DNA of 64,000 nucleotides from Mobula hypostoma (Eukaryota): assembly GCF_963921235.1 (NCBI RefSeq), contig NC_086097.1, positions 76,138,001-76,202,000 on the forward strand, read 5' to 3'. This document shows positions 13,005 to 24,419 of the stretch, piece after piece. The position numbers and the translations under genes are program-made. Positions within the stretch are counted from its first letter, which is position 1, and each line of letters begins with the position of its first letter. Below the pieces are notes generated by a model, which saw nothing but the letters and a program-made list of their open reading frames with translations, was not told the DNA's origin and searched no databases.

Positions 13005-13750
13005 TGCAAGTGAAGGGAGGGCACATCTCGCACAACCTCTCGTGGTCCCAGAACGTATCTTACAGAGTCAGGAAAGCTCACCAATGCCTTTACTTTCTGA
13101 GGAGGCTGAGTGAGAGCTGGACTTCGCACATCCATACTCACGTCATTCTAGAGAAGCACAGTAGAGAGTATACTACAAGCTGCATCACTACTTGGTACGG
13201 AAGCTGCGCTGTGGTGGACAGGAAGACTCTACAATGGGTAGTCAAAGCAGTGCAATGCATCAACAGCACCAGCCTACCTGCCATCAAGGACATACTGTAT
13301 GTACAGAAAGGTGTCGGGAAAAGGCCAGTAATATCATGAAGGATCCCACCCACCCTGCTCATGGACTGCTTGTCACACTCCTATCAGGGAGGAGGCTATG
13401 TAGCATCCACACCAATACCACCAGACTCAAAACCAAGTGTACCTTCCCCAAGCAGTAAAGCTGATCAACCCCTCCACATACTAACCCACCCTTTCATGGC
13501 CCCAAGCATCACTGCTTTATTATTTCCTGTCAGTCACCTTATGTACTTACACTCCTGTGCCAAGTGGCACCTTATGGACATCCAATCAATCTATGTATAT
13601 AAGCTATCTTATGTATTTATGTGTATTGTGTTTTTGTAATACTATATTGTATATTTATCTTCTGTGTTCCTTTTTGTGCTGCATCGGATCCAGATTTTGT
13701 TCAACTTTACACTTGTGTACAGGAAATGACATTAAACATCCTGAATCTAG
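13005..13750 (+). mobile_element. Rex1/Babar-type LINE 3' end
   Basis: Peptides RKAHQCLYFLRRL, SCITTWYGSC and IMKDPTHPAHGL; the 3' UTR is shared with 43430-43695. Confidence 0.85.
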
Positions 13751-14949
13751 AATTCAGGGTGTTTAATGTTTAATGAAGGGCAGGTGATGACATCCAGCTT
13801 CTGTACTGTTCTGACGTAAGGTCATCACCCACAACATTAACTACACTTCTCTCTCTCTATAGATGCTACCTGACCTGTTGAGTATTTCTCCAGCATTTCT
13901 GTCCTTGCTACATTATGATAATTTGTATTAGTAGCATTCAGTATTAATATGTTGGTACAGGGTAATAGGCATTTGTGGCTACAATTAAGGTATTTGTATT
14001 ACTTTAAAACATACATTTTAGCAACTTATTACTCAGATATAATGCTTTATATACTTGTAAATACATAGCAACAAAGCTCAAGTTTGCAGTTATTCAGGTT
14101 CCTAAAATTATTGATGAAGGTAACCTAATGAGAACTTGTTAGGAACTTTTCATTGAAAAGTCAATTTTATTCAATTTAAAATCAACTCATAGGAACTCTC
14201 GACAATTTTAGACATATTGCATAAGACTTGTTTAAAGAAAAAAGTGCTTGAAAAATACTTTTCAGATTTTGGCAGAAATACAATCCATTGAAGAACTACA
14301 CATTTGATTTGAAATGACTTCAAACATTGCCTAGTTTTGCACTTTAACACAAGTTAGATTTGATATAAATTTAGGAAATGGGAGTATTTTGAAAGCCTTG
14401 TCTGTAAGACAGTGCATGTAACTAAACAACATCAGTAGCAATGTTCTGTTTTTCTTTGCTGTCGGTATTGGCTTATTATAATCAAAAACAGGTTTTATAG
14501 AATATCAGTACCTTTTTTAGACCAGTGTTGAAATGAACCTAAGCAGACTATTACATCAATTTTCCCATACATGCAGATTGCAGCTTGTACACATCCATAA
14601 TTTACTGTAGGGGGCAGCAACTGTGAGATTACAAAATATTTTCAAAAAGAATAACTACACTTGTGTAATTTTGTATTAGTAATGGATTCCAGATGGAACA
14701 ATATAATTATGCATTATTTTGAAAGGTTAAAGTCAAGTTAACTGCTTTAAAGATGAAATTACATGATCTCTGATTACTAAAACAATCGACAAGATTTTCA
14801 AAACATTTAGAATATATGAAATGCATTTGCAGTACACTCCATTAAAACATGCCTAGGCATCATCCTTTATGAAGCAGGCAGAGACTGCCATCCAAACATC
14901 AGTTTAAATTGACACCTTGACACAGCTGAAAGCCTGAGGATTTATGCGT

Positions 14950-15659
14950 AGCAAATTATGTATTTAAATGAAATACGGAACAAATTAGAACATTACCCAT
15001 ACTACCAGAGTACTATAAAACTGTGTATAGTTTCCTAATAGTTAGCAATGGAGGAATTCACCCAGTGTATGCTGCCCTGTTCTTTTGATTGATTCTAAAT
15101 AAACAAAATCAGTGCAGACACTTAGAGCAGATAATGGACTGCCTTCATACAATGCTTTCGACGAATGCATCCTCCAAATCTTCATTTTCATTGTAACTTT
15201 CAAGATGATTGTTGATACCTTCAGATTCTTCATAGTTCCTAACTTAATGAAGTAGTGAAATTATTTCAATTTCACTCCCAGCTGTTTCTTCCATGTCCAA
15301 GCCTGAACGCTTGAAATCACAGTGAACAAAACAATTCTGAAAATGTCTTACTGCTTATATCTCACCAATTATCAGTGACAAAAACCACTGTTTTTTGAAC
15401 ACACACAAATACATGCAGCTATTTACAAATGGGTTGCTCTAAGCATAGTGAACTGTCTAACTGCCATGCAAGTGCATTCAAATGACTCCAATTAGAAACT
15501 GTTCAGCAACAGTCCACTATCCCAATCGGGTCGCATAACATCTCAAATAAACAAAGGGAATCCTGACCATTTTCTCAATTAGGTTTTGTTCTTTAAGAAT
15601 TGTCCCAAAATAAGCGGATGCACCAATTATCTGTTGGCTCAATTAATCAAAATCCACTG
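14950..15659 (-). mobile_element. Tigger/pogo-like non-autonomous DNA transposon with one end missing
   Basis: Reverse-complement homolog of 28944-29660; ends aatccactg|TA. Confidence 0.75.
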
Positions 15660-17492
15660 TACTTCTACCTCCTGGTCTCTGTTCTACAACACCTCCCAGG
15701 GCTTTGCCAAACTTTGTAAATTCCCTTCCCAAAACATATCATTTTGCAATCGTCCAAGTCAAATTCCATCTGCCATTCCTTGGCCCATTTTCCCAGTTGA
15801 TCTTGATTCTGTTTTAATCTTGCACAACGTTCTTCACTGTCCACCTCACCAATAATTTTGGTGTAATCTGCAAACCTAGATTTTCATCAAATTGCAAAGT
15901 ATCTGTCAAGTCAGTTTGGACCCTTGAAATTATATCAAATACAATTATTTAAATCAATATTTATACATGAAGCAGTGATTCTCTAAATAATTCTAACCCA
16001 TATGCAACAGAGCTTATTTTAAAATCCCTTCATTAATTATATTGGTATTGTACATAGAGCATAATAATACACATTTCTGTTTTCTTTTTAGGTATGTTCT
16101 CCAGTGACACCGGCCACAAACATATTTAAGTGGAGCACTTACTTTTATGGGCATAACATACTATTTACTTTCAAAGACAGGAGTGTTACACAAGGATTGT
16201 CTGATGATATGAACTGTAAATTGCAGATACTGAAATTGGTCAAGGTTCTACCCATTGTAAAACAGACAAATTACTCCTTGAATTTAGCTACATTGATTCT
16301 GTTGCTAAATCCAAGGGGAATGGTTTTAAGGCATTCCTTTGCAGGATTTTTTTTTACAATCCCAAAAGGAATTTTAATCTCCTCTGATTATTCATTCTAT
16401 TCTAAAAGAATCTTTTCTAACTTTGAGGGGCAAATTAAGGAAGGTAGAAAATTGCCAATTTTGGGGCAGACCCAAACAGGAAAAATTAAAATGGTCTTAG
16501 AAAATAATGTGTGTAGAGACCAACTCAAAGGTCAACAAAATTCAAATGTATCAACAAGCCTGATTCAAAATCATGTGGAAAAATAACTGGCAAAAGTACA
16601 TTGAAAATGTTGGATGAGTAAGTAGTCCAATTTAAAAATACTATTTTTGTATACATAATTAAACCATAAAACACAAACTGATATGATTCCTCTGTCCCTG
16701 AGGCTGTTTCATACTTCACAGCATGCTGATTATTTTATAGTTACGAAAAAAACATTTTCCATTGGTTACAAATGTATACCACAGCAAGAAGAAACAGGAA
16801 ATGTTACACCTATGTTGCAAATCTGGGGACCTTTTTAGTAAATCACTTACAAACACAGTCAACAGCATTTGATTTGAACTGAAAGAATAAGGAACATACT
16901 AAATTGATACATGGATATACAAACTGACCAGTGTCAGAAAAGATAAAACAAAATTTTAATGATTATTGTGAATTACATTTTGGATAGTCAATTAGGGGTA
17001 GAACATATACAATAAATAGTAGGGTACTAAGAAATATTGATGAACAGTAGGGACCAAGGGCCAAGGTCGACATTTGTCTGATAATGTGGCCATGTTTGTG
17101 GATGATACAAAGATGGGTAGATGGGGCAGGGAGACTGCAGAACGACTTAAGATTAAGGGAATGGGCAAAGAATTAGCAGATGGAATACAGTGTAGGAAGG
17201 TGTATGGTTATGTACTGTAGTAGAAGGACTATAGGTGTAGACTATGTACTAAACAAGAAGCAAATTCAGAAATCAGAGGTGAAAAAGAGACTCGTGAGTC
17301 CTTGTGCAGGATTCCCTAAAGGTTAACTTACAGACTGAGTGAGTGGTAAGGAAGGCAAGTGTGAAGTTAACATTCATTTTGAGAGGACAGGAATATAGAA
17401 ACATAGAAACATAGAAAATAGGTGCAGGAGTAGGCCATTCGGCCCTTCGAGCCTGCACCGCCATTTATTATGATCATGGCTGATCATCCAAC

Positions 17493-20492
17493 TCAGAACC
17501 CAGCCTTCCCTCCATACCCCCTGACCCCTGTAGCCACAAGGGCCATATCTAACTTCCTTTTAAACATAGCTAATGAACTGGCCTCAACAGTTTGCTGTGG
17601 CAGAGAATTCCACAGATTCACCACTCTCTGTGTGAAGAAGTTTTTCCTAACCTCGGTCCTAAAAGGCTTCCCCTCTATCCTCAAACTGTGACCCCTCGTT
17701 CTAGACCTCCCCAACATCGGGAACAATCTTCCTGCATCTAGCCTGTCCAATCCCTTTAGGATCTTATACGTTTCAATCAGATCCCCCCTCAATCTTCTAA
17801 ATTCCAACGAGTACAAGCCCAGTTCATCCAGTCTTTCTTCATATGAAAGACCTGCCATCCCAGGAATCAATCTGGTGAACCTTCTTTGTACTCCCTCTAT
17901 GGCAAAGATGTCTTTCCTCAGATTAGGGGACCAAAACTGCACACAATACTCCAGGTGTGGTCTCACCAAGGCCTTGTACAACTGCAGTAGTACCTCCCTG
18001 CTCCTGTACTCGAATCCTCTCGCTATAAATGCCAGCATACCGTTCGCCTTTTTCACCGCCTGCTGTACCTGCATGCCCACTTTCAATGACTGGTGTATAA
18101 TGACACCCAGGTCTCGTTGCACCTCCCCTTTTCCTAATCGGCCACCATTCAGATAATAATCTGTTTTCCTATTTTTGCCACCAAAGTGGATAACTTCACA
18201 TTTATCCACATTAAATTGCATCTGCCATGAGTTTGCCCACTCACCCAACCTATCCAAGTCACCCTGCATCCTCTTAGCATCCTCCTCACTGCTAACACTG
18301 CCACCCAGCTTCGTGTCATCCGCAAACTTGGAGATGCTGCATTTAATTCCCTCATCCAAGTCATTAATATATATTGTAAACAACTGGGGTCCCAGCACTG
18401 AGCCTTGCGGTACCCCACTAGTCACCGCCTGCCATTCTGAAAAGGTCCCGTTTATTCCCACTCTTTGCTTCCTGTCTGCTAACCAATTCTCCACCCACAC
18501 CAATACCTTACCCCCAATACCGTGTGCTTTAAGTTTGCACACTAATCTCCTATGTGGGACCTTGTCAAAAGCCTTTTGAAAATCCAAATATACCACATCC
18601 ACTGGTTCTCCCCTATCCACTCTACTAGTTACATCCTCAAAAAATTCTATGAGATTCGTCAGACATGATTTTCCTTTCACAAATCCATGCTGACTTTGTC
18701 CGATCATTTCACCGCTTTCCAAATGTGCTGTTATCACATCCTTGATAACTGACTCCAGCAGTTTCCCCACCACCGACGTTAGGCTAACCGGCCTATAATT
18801 CCCCGGTTTCTCTCTCCCTCCTTTTTTAAAAAGTGGGGTTACATTAGCCACCCTCCAATCCTCAGGAACTAGTCCAGAATCTAACGAGTTTTGAAAAATT
18901 ATCACTAATGCATCCACTATTTCTTGGGCCACTTCCTTAAGCACTCTGGGATGCAGACCATCTGGCCCTGGGGATTTATCTGCCTTCAATCCCTTCAATT
19001 TACCTAACACCACTTCCCTACTAACATGTATTTCGCTCAGTTCCTCCATCTCACTGGACCCTCTGTCCCTTACTATTTCTGGAAGATTATTTATGTCCTC
19101 CTTAGTGAAGACAGAACCAAAGTAATTATTCAATTGGTCTGCCATGTCCTTGCTCCCCATAATCAATTCACCTGTTTCTGTTTGCAGGGGACCTACATTT
19201 GTCTTTATCAGTCTTTTCCTTTTTACATATCTATAAAAGCTTTTACAGTCCGTTTTTATGTTCTCTGCCAGTTTTCTCTCATAATCTTTTTTCCCCTTCC
19301 TAATTAAGCCCTTTGTCCTCCTCTGCTGAACTCTGAATTTCTCCCAGTCCTCAGGTGAGCCACTTTCTCTGGCTAATTTGTATGCTACTTCTTTGGAATT
19401 GATACTATCCCTAATTTCTCTTGTCAGCCACGGGTGCACTACCTTCCTTGATTTATTCTTTTGCCAAACTGGGATGAACAATTGTTGTAGTTCATCCATG
19501 CAACCTTTAAATGCCTGCCATTGCATATCCACCGTCAATCCTTGAAGTGTCATTTGCCAGTCTATCTTAGCTAATTCATGTCTCATACCTTCAAAGTTAC
19601 CCCTCTTTAAGTTCAGAACCTTTGTTTCTGAATTAACTACGTCACTCTCCATGTTAATGAAGAATTCCACCATATTATGGTCACTCTTACCCAAGGGGCC
19701 TCTCACGACAAGATCGCTAATTAACCCTTCCTCATTGCTCAAAACCCAGTCCAGAATAGCCTGCTCTCTAGTCGGTTCCTCGACATGTTGGTTCAAAAAA
19801 CCATCCCGCATACATTCCAAGAAATCCTCTTCCTCAGCACCTTTACCAATTTGGTTCACCCAGTCTACATGTAGATTGAAGTCACCCATTATAACTGCTG
19901 TTCCTTTATTGCACACATTTCTAATTTCCTGTTTAATACCATCTCCGACCTCACTACTACTGTTAGGTGGCCTGTACACAACTCCCAGCAGCGTCTTCTG
20001 CCCCTTAGTGTTACGCAGCTCTACCCATATCGATTCCACATCTTCCCGGCTTATGTCCTTCCTTTCTATTGCGTTAATCTCTTTTTTAACCAGCAACGCC
20101 ACCCCACCTCCCCTTCCTTCGTGTCTATCCCTCCTGAATATTGAATATCCCTGAACGTTGAGCTCCCATCCCTGGTCACCCTGGAGCCATGTCTCTGTGA
20201 TCCCAACTATATCATAATCATTAATAACAATCTGCACTTTCAATTCATCCACCTTATTACGAATGCTCCTTGCATTGACACATAAAGCCTTCAGGCACTC
20301 TTTTACAACTCTCTTAGCCCTTTTTAATGCTTGCCCTGGATTTGTCGGCCTGCCACTTTTACTTTTCCCCTTTGTACTTTTTGCTTCTACGCTCACTTTA
20401 CACCCCTCTGTCTCTCTGCACTGGTTCCCATCCCTCTGTTGTGAACTAACCTCCTCACACCTAGCCGCTTTAATTTGATTCCCACCCCCCAA
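17493..20492 (-). CDS. CR1 ORF2: APE-type endonuclease and reverse transcriptase, uninterrupted, no AUG start
   Basis: Endonuclease motifs NARSI, GITETW, MGDFN and SDHN; RT motifs YRPVSLTS, LDFQKAFD, GVPQGSVLGP and FADD. The first codon shown is TTG. Confidence 0.96.
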   Translation of the reverse strand: MGGGNQIKAARCEEVSSQQRDGNQCRETEGCKVSVEAKSTKGKSKSGRPTNPGQALKRAKRVVKECLKALCVNARSIRNKVDELKVQIVINDYDIVGITETWLQGDQGWELNVQGYSIFRRDRHEGRGGGVALLVKKEINAIERKDISREDVESIWVELRNTKGQKTLLGVVYRPPNSSSEVGDGIKQEIRNVCNKGTAVIMGDFNLHVDWVNQIGKGAEEEDFLECMRDGFLNQHVEEPTREQAILDWVLSNEEGLISDLVVRGPLGKSDHNMVEFFINMESDVVNSETKVLNLKRGNFEGMRHELAKIDWQMTLQGLTVDMQWQAFKGCMDELQQLFIPVWQKNKSRKVVHPWLTREIRDSINSKEVAYKLARESGSPEDWEKFRVQQRRTKGLIRKGKKDYERKLAENIKTDCKSFYRYVKRKRLIKTNVGPLQTETGELIMGSKDMADQLNNYFGSVFTKEDINNLPEIVRDRGSSEMEELSEIHVSREVVLGKLKGLKADKSPGPDGLHPRVLKEVAQEIVDALVIIFQNSLDSGLVPEDWRVANVTPLFKKGGREKPGNYRPVSLTSVVGKLLESVIKDVITAHLESGEMIGQSQHGFVKGKSCLTNLIEFFEDVTSRVDRGEPVDVVYLDFQKAFDKVPHRRLVCKLKAHGIGGKVLVWVENWLADRKQRVGINGTFSEWQAVTSGVPQGSVLGPQLFTIYINDLDEGIKCSISKFADDTKLGGSVSSEEDAKRMQGDLDRLGEWANSWQMQFNVDKCEVIHFGGKNRKTDYYLNGGRLGKGEVQRDLGVIIHQSLKVGMQVQQAVKKANGMLAFIARGFEYRSREVLLQLYKALVRPHLEYCVQFWSPNLRKDIFAIEGVQRRFTRLIPGMAGLSYEERLDELGLYSLEFRRLRGDLIETYKILKGLDRLDAGRLFPMLGRSRTRGHSLRIEGKPFRTEVRKNFFTQRVVNLWNSLPQQTVEASSLAMFKRKLDMALVATGVRGYGGKAGF

Positions 20493-20497
20493 CCATT

Positions 20498-20690
20498 CTA
20501 GTTTAAAGTCACCTCAGTAGCCCCCGCTAATCTCCCTGCCAGGATATTGGTCCCCCGAGGATTTAAGTGTAACCCGTCCTTTTTGTACAGGTCACACCTG
20601 CGCCAAAAGAGGTCCCAATGATCCAAAAACTTGAATCCCTGCCCCCTGCTCCAATCCCTCAGCCACGCATTTATCCTCCACCTCATCGCA
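20498..20690 (-). CDS. CR1 ORF1 C-terminal fragment (SGNH-esterase-like domain)
   Basis: RINAWLRDWSRGQGFKFLDHWDLFW...DGLHLNPRGTNILAG...TLN*, with the DxxH block typical of CR1 ORF1 esterases. Confidence 0.85.
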
Positions 20691-21071
20691 AGAAAAGCAA
20701 GAATGTAATGCTGACCCTTTATGAGGCATGAGTCAGACGGCATGTGGAGAATTGTGAGCAGTTTTGGGCCCTTTATCTTAGAAGAAATGTGCTGGCATTG
20801 GTGAAGTTTCAGAGGAGGTTCACAAGAATGATCCAGGGAATGACAGGGTTAATGTATGAGGAGCATTTGATGGCTCTAGGCCCATCCTTGCTGGTGTTTA
20901 GAAGAACTGGGGAGACAGTGGGGGGGGGGGGGCGCTTATTGAAACCTATTGAATATTGAAAAGTCTAGATAGAGTGGCTGTGACAAGGGTGTTTCCTATA
21001 GCGGGGGAGTCTAGAACCAGAGGGCACAGCCTCAGAATAGAAGGATGCTTCTTTAGGACAGAAGTGAAGAG

Positions 21072-21149
21072 CAGGGGCTCCCAAACATTTTATACTGTGA
21101 ACCAGACTATTAAGCAAAGGGTCCATGGAACCCAGGTATGGAAGCCCTA
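21072..21149. mobile_element. Short hAT-like MITE
   Basis: Imperfect TIRs caggggctcccaaac / ggtatggaagcccta; interrupts CR1 sequence. Confidence 0.55.
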
Positions 21150-21206
21150 CTTTGGAGGCTGGCAAATCTGTGGAATTTATTTCTGCACAACATGGTGGAA
21201 GCTAAG

Positions 21207-21703
21207 TCATTTAGTCATAGTCATACTTATATTGATCCCGGGAGAAATTGGTTTTCCTTACAGTTGCACCATAAATAATTAAATAGTAATAAAACCATAA
21301 ATAGTTAAATAGTAGTATGTAAATTATGCCAGGAAATAAATCCAGGACCAGCCTATTGGCTCAGGGTGTCTGACCCCCAAGGGAGGAGTTGTAAAGTTTG
21401 ATGGCCACAGGCAGGAATGACTTCCTATGATGCTCTGTGCTGCATCTCAGTGGAATGAGTCTCTGGCTGAATGTACTCCTGTGCCCACCCAGTACATTAT
21501 GTAGTGGATGGGAGACATTGACCAAGATGGCATGCAACTTGGACAGCATCCTCTTTTCAGACACCACCGTCAGAGAGTCCTGTTCCATCCCTACAACATC
21601 ACCGGCCTTACGAAAGAGTTTGTTGATTCTGTTGGTATCTGCTACCCTCAGCCTGCTGCCCCAGCACACAACAGCAAACATGATCGCACTGGCCACCACA
21701 GGC
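21207..21703 (-). mobile_element. Rex1/Babar LINE 3' end
   Basis: VASAIMFAVVCWG...SHPLH...RKSFLPVAIKLYN; tagtca repeats at the tail. Confidence 0.88.
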
Positions 21704-21872
21704 TATATTTAAAATAGATTTTGATAAGTTCTTGATTAGTAAGGTTATCAAAAGTTACCGGGGGAATGGGGTTGAATGAAAAAATAAATGAGCCTTGATG
21801 GAATGGCAGAGCAGACTCAACAGGCCGAATGGCGTAATTCTCTCCTATGTGGATAGAATAGTGAAGAACATG

Positions 21873-22332
21873 CACTCACTCAGAGGTTCCTCCTGTACCT
21901 AATAAAGTGGCCACTGAGTGTATGTTCATGGGTATCAATGTTCGAGGTGTGTGTTCAGAGATGTTCTCCTGCACACCACTGTTGTAACATGTGGTTGCTT
22001 GAATTACTGGCACCTTCCTGTCAGTTTGAACCAGTCTGGGCATTCTCCTCTAACCTCTCTCATTAACAAGGAGTTTTCACCCACACAGCTCTCACTCACT
22101 GGATGTTTTTTTTTTGCACCATTCTCTGTAAGCTCCAGAGAGAAATGTGTATGAAAATCCCAGGACGTCAGCAGTTTCTGAGATACTTAAACCACCCTGT
22201 TTGGCACCCACAATCAATCCACGGTCAAAGTCACTTACATCACATTTCTTCCCCATTCTGATGTTTGCTCTGAACAACAACTGAACCTCTTGACCATGTC
22301 TGCATGCTTTTATGAATTGAGTTCTGGCCACA
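21873..22332 (-). mobile_element. Decayed Tc1-like transposon (transposase N-terminus and TIR-like sequence)
   Basis: MGKKCDVSDFDRGLIVGAKQGGLSISETADVLGFS is a Tc1 paired-like HTH start; TIR-like gtacctaataaagtggccactgagtgta lies at about 21895-21922. Confidence 0.85.
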
Positions 22333-23137
22333 GGAGAAAATTTTCAACAAAATGTTCAACTTAACAATAATGGGCTAGTAAGTGCAAATAATATGTCTTC
22401 AGTATTAAAAAAGGTCTTGATACTGGATTCAGTGCACGTGGGCATTTCCTTTCATTTCACGAGCAGTGATTGCTTTGGCTGGAATTCGGGTTCTTGGTTG
22501 GTAGGGATTTCAAGAGGAAGCTGAGATGGTGCTTCAGCATTCACGTGACAGACAGCACTCCTCTGAAGAATACTGGTGATCCACATGGTTTTGTTAAATG
22601 ATTTTCGTGGTCATGATTATGAAAATTAATTCACTCCACCCCCCCCCAACCCATCCTCTCACCCACCACCAAAACATATTATTGTCTAAAGTAAAATTTG
22701 GTAACTACTGTGGTGGGATTTGAGGTATTGTAATCTAACTCTTGCATCTGGACGAGGAGCCTGCAACTTAGCTAATTAAAATATCACCAAGGGGGAAAAA
22801 TTACAATGACAGAGAATCAACTGGGAATGGAAATAGAGGGAGCAGCCACTGAGCAATTAACCACCTAAATCTGTTCAAATGAACAGATCTCTCCATAGGG
22901 CAATTTCGCAAGGCACTATTCTAGCCTTGAGGTTTGGTGGGGGGTGGACGTGAGTGTGAAATGTAGCAGGTGAGAACAGGTTTTGTGTCTGTTTTGCACT
23001 TCCGCCTTCAAAAGTTCTCACGCTGGTTACATTGCGACAAAATAATTCTTTGTGTTCCAACTTGCTGTGCCTAACAGCTGTGATTAAGTTCCAGTTTTAA
23101 TTTGTCAGCTCTTATCAAAATTCCCATTTTCAGTTTT

Positions 23138-23540
23138 ACATAGAAACATGGAACACCTACAGCACAATACAGGCCCTTCGGCCCACAAAGCTGTGCCAAA
23201 CATGTCCCTACACTAGACCTACCTGGGCTTTACCCATAGCCCTCTATTTTTCTAAGCTCCGTGTAGCCATCCAGGAGTCTCTTAAAAGACCTTATCGTTT
23301 CCGCCTCCACCATCGTCGCCGGCAGCCTATTCCACACACTCACCACTCTCTGTGTAAAAAACTTACCCCTGACATCTCCTCTGTATCTACATCCAAGCAC
23401 CTTAAACCTATGCCCTCTCGTGCTAGCCATTTTAGCCCTGGGGAAAAGCCTCTGACTATCCACACGATCAATGCCTATCATTATCTTGAACACATCTATC
23501 AGGTCACCTCTTACCCTCTGCCGCTCCAAGGAGAAAAGGT
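23138..23540 (-). mobile_element. CR1 3' end, same subfamily as the 2803 copy
   Basis: RVRGDLIDVFKIMIGIDRVDSQRLFP...FFTQRVVSVWNRLP. Confidence 0.92.
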
Positions 23541-24419
23541 TATGTTTACTAAGTTACTGAATGTTGTGATCTATACCTTGTAGCTAATTGAGAGAGAAGC
23601 ATCTATTTATTCTGCTGTAGTCCACAGGCATTGATTCGGGCAGTGTACAATTGTATGTTTTGTTTCCAATAGGACATACTCTGCAGTACTTGCGCATGGA
23701 GATACATTACAAAATAAAATGTGAAAATGTACAGTAATTAATTTTTTATAATCTGGATTGGGTGTAGAAAAATAGTTGGGCCCCCTTCGAAGAATCGTCC
23801 CTGGTATAAAAGGATGACTTGTAACGTAACAGTGTGGTGTTCTCAGTGAACGAAGAACATGGAACAGTATGGCACAATATAGGCCTTTCAGCCCATGATG
23901 TTGTATTGATCCGCATTAAGAGAACAAGTGATCACAGTTAATAAATTCTGCTGTATACTCACTTGGATAATTTTGGAGTTAGAGGATGGAGGGGGTTGAT
24001 TTTAAGCATGCTCTGTGAGGTCACACAATCTCCTGTGTCTGACCAACGTGGTGTGCACCATCTTTGACTTATTGATGGAGAGGATTGCAATGAGGATAAC
24101 CAACACAATGTGCATGAATACCCAAGTGTTGTCAAAATTGTTTGCAATCTGAACATCTAATGTCCATCACGCAATCATCCAAGAATGGAGAAGAACTTGT
24201 CAAGGTCAGAGTGGGTGCTACTGCTCACCAGAGAGTTTACTTTGAGTTCAACCCTCTGTCCAACATCTGCTGCTGTCTCAATGCTGGTCTGGCCTGATGA
24301 GAAGCTGAAAAAGCCACACAACAGTTCAAAAATAACAGAACAGATGAAATTCCACACGATAGATTAAAATGTGGCAAATTATTATTTTCATGATCTCATT
24401 TCCCTCAGCCTCGGACAGA

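Larger units (their letters stand above)
17395..20690 (-). mobile_element. Young 5'-truncated CR1-clade LINE (HER1-like), about 3.3 kb
   Basis: Intact ORF2, ORF1 C-terminus and (CTATGTTT)n tail; possible TSD AGAAA at 17397-17401 and 20691-20695. Confidence 0.96.
17084..21850 (+). mobile_element. Older CR1 copy split by younger insertions
   Basis: RT-like DNA at 17084-17396 resumes colinearly at 20691 (gaatat...agaaaagcaagaatgtaatg), again at 21704, and ends in a CR1 3' end near 21850. Confidence 0.8.

Noticed and set aside
16104..16586. 160-codon ORF preceded by an acceptor-like ttttttag
   Set aside because: Non-ATG start, AT-rich composition and no recognisable similarity; not SCG5.
17470..20478. 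Several plus-strand ORFs of 70-167 aa
   Set aside because: They are antisense shadows of CR1 ORF2.
20470..20496. Stop-restart at TAG-A-ATG as the route into CR1 ORF2
   Set aside because: That ATG is out of frame with ORF2 and terminates after 8 codons. Non-AUG reinitiation remains possible.
24175..24367. Overlapping 60-aa ORFs on both strands
   Set aside because: No recognisable homology or convincing splice context; adjacent to decayed LINE sequence.
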